From NCBI RefSeq assembly GCF_036321535.1, contig NC_087436.1, positions 61,258,001 to 61,322,000 of the forward strand: 64,000 nucleotides of DNA, in the 5' to 3' direction. This stretch comes from Camelus dromedarius. Lineage: Eukaryota. The position numbers and the translations under genes were made by a program. Shown here one piece after another: positions 62,572 through 64,000 of this stretch (within the stretch, counting starts at the first letter, position 1; the number at the start of each line of letters is the position of its first letter). A model generated the notes under the pieces. The model saw only the letters and a program-made list of their open reading frames with translations. It did no database searches and was not told the DNA's origin.

Positions 62572-62760
62572 ACCATTTATTGAGCACCTACTATATGCCA
62601 GGCATTTCAGTAATTTTGTATCTTGGATTTCACAAGGTTGATATTATTTCAATTTTGTAGATGATGAAGGTGAGGTGAGGTGATGGACTCAAAGGCACAG
62701 ACCTGGAATAAAACCCACATATTTTTGGTTTCAGAGTTGATACTTCTGTTATTCCAGGCA
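62572..62760 (-). mobile_element. MIR SINE
   Basis: catttattgagcacctactatatgccaggca...tttcaattttgtagatgatgaag. Confidence 0.7.
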
Positions 62761-64000
62761 TTGTCTTTATTGCATGATCCTTACATTTCCCCTGATTCTG
62801 AAGATTGTAGTATTCTTTCCAATATGGGGTGCAGTGACACACAGATAAATGTAGCATATACTTGCATATTTTCTATCCTTACTACAGACATAGATATATT
62901 AGGGAAAAATGTATTTTTTTTAATTAATAAAGTAACTATGGTGCTCTCAAAGATTTTTCAAACTGTAAAATATCTTGTAGGCTAGATTAGTGGTAAACCC
63001 TAGGATCCAGAGGGAAGGGCAATTCTCTGCATAGCCAACAGTTTCAGGTACATCCATCCGTGACCTAGCTCCCATTTATCTGGGTTATGGAAACAGAGAA
63101 GGCTGAAGGTAAAGAGTCTAAAGAGGTAATTTCTTAAGAAATGGGAACCATCAAGGCACAAGCATTCCAGTTTGGCTGTTCTTCTGCGGGAGGTAAAGAC
63201 CCAAAATGGAGAGAGACATTCCTCCTACATTCCCCTATTAGAACTTAAGCAGTGCAGCAGTGCAGGGGGAGAGGCACTGCTAGTTGGTGGACAACTGGTG
63301 CCCAGTGGAAGATGCCAAGGGATCCTGCCAGCAGTGGTGGTGCCTGGTGTGTATACTGGCACACAGCAGAAGGGCCTGTGTCCAGCAAAGGTGGCAGTTC
63401 TGGACAGAACTGGTAGCCATTCCTTAGTGATCCGTGCCAGGCAGAAGGGGGAGTGATATCTGGGAGATGCCAAGAGGTATCTGACCAACTGGTTTTGTGC
63501 ATGAACCAATGTGCGAAAGCCTTGGAGACAGAGAGAGATATATGTAGGAATTTTATAGGGGTTGTATTCTGTGCTAACTGATGACAGCAAGATGATTACT
63601 GAGGATGTGACACACTTTGCACTCCCAGGCTGGGTTAGCTTGTTCTAGGGCATGAAGAATACTCCTGTCTCATAGGACAGTAGTGAGGACTGAAGGATAT
63701 ATGAAATATTGCTTAATGCCTGGCATATAGTAGGTGATTAACATGGTTAATCTCCTCCCCCACCCTTACTGTGGTCTGTTAGAAATACAGACTACCAAAG
63801 GTATTGTGTCATTGTGGTATTCCTACTTAAAGGTACTTTTTAGGAAGAGTGTAACAATTTGACATTCTATTGAGAACATTAAAATAAAATACCAATTCTG
63901 AATGTACCAGGGGCCATTGTAAGTTCTTTATATGTGCAAATGTATTTAATCTTATTAGGTGTATACTTTTACTGTCTCCATTTTATAGAAGAGGAACAGA

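Overview
AT-rich mammalian genomic DNA, probably from a camelid or other cetartiodactyl (inferred from the young L1 3'-UTR type; not certain). No intact protein-coding gene is visible. Most of the window is a mosaic of L1, L2, L3/CR1, MIR, ERV1/ERVL/MaLR solo LTRs and DNA transposons. Bases ~3.8-20 kb form a rearranged, TE-dense block. It contains an old internal duplication and a GC-rich island holding a disabled, intronless, very divergent MIA3/TANGO1-like retrogene on the minus strand (17992->16366). That gene has its own TATA box, three tandem NFI/CCAAT-like palindromes, an apparently new signal peptide and a polyA signal. The other main observation is a full-length U6 copy fused to the polyadenylated R region of an ERV LTR (52744-52942), with a solo LTR of the same family at 4060-4718. 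There are also two short locally templated insertions inside L1s, an orphan retroposed 3' end and a polyA-only insertion. All family assignments come from remembered consensus and protein sequences; no searches were run, and most repeat boundaries are approximate.
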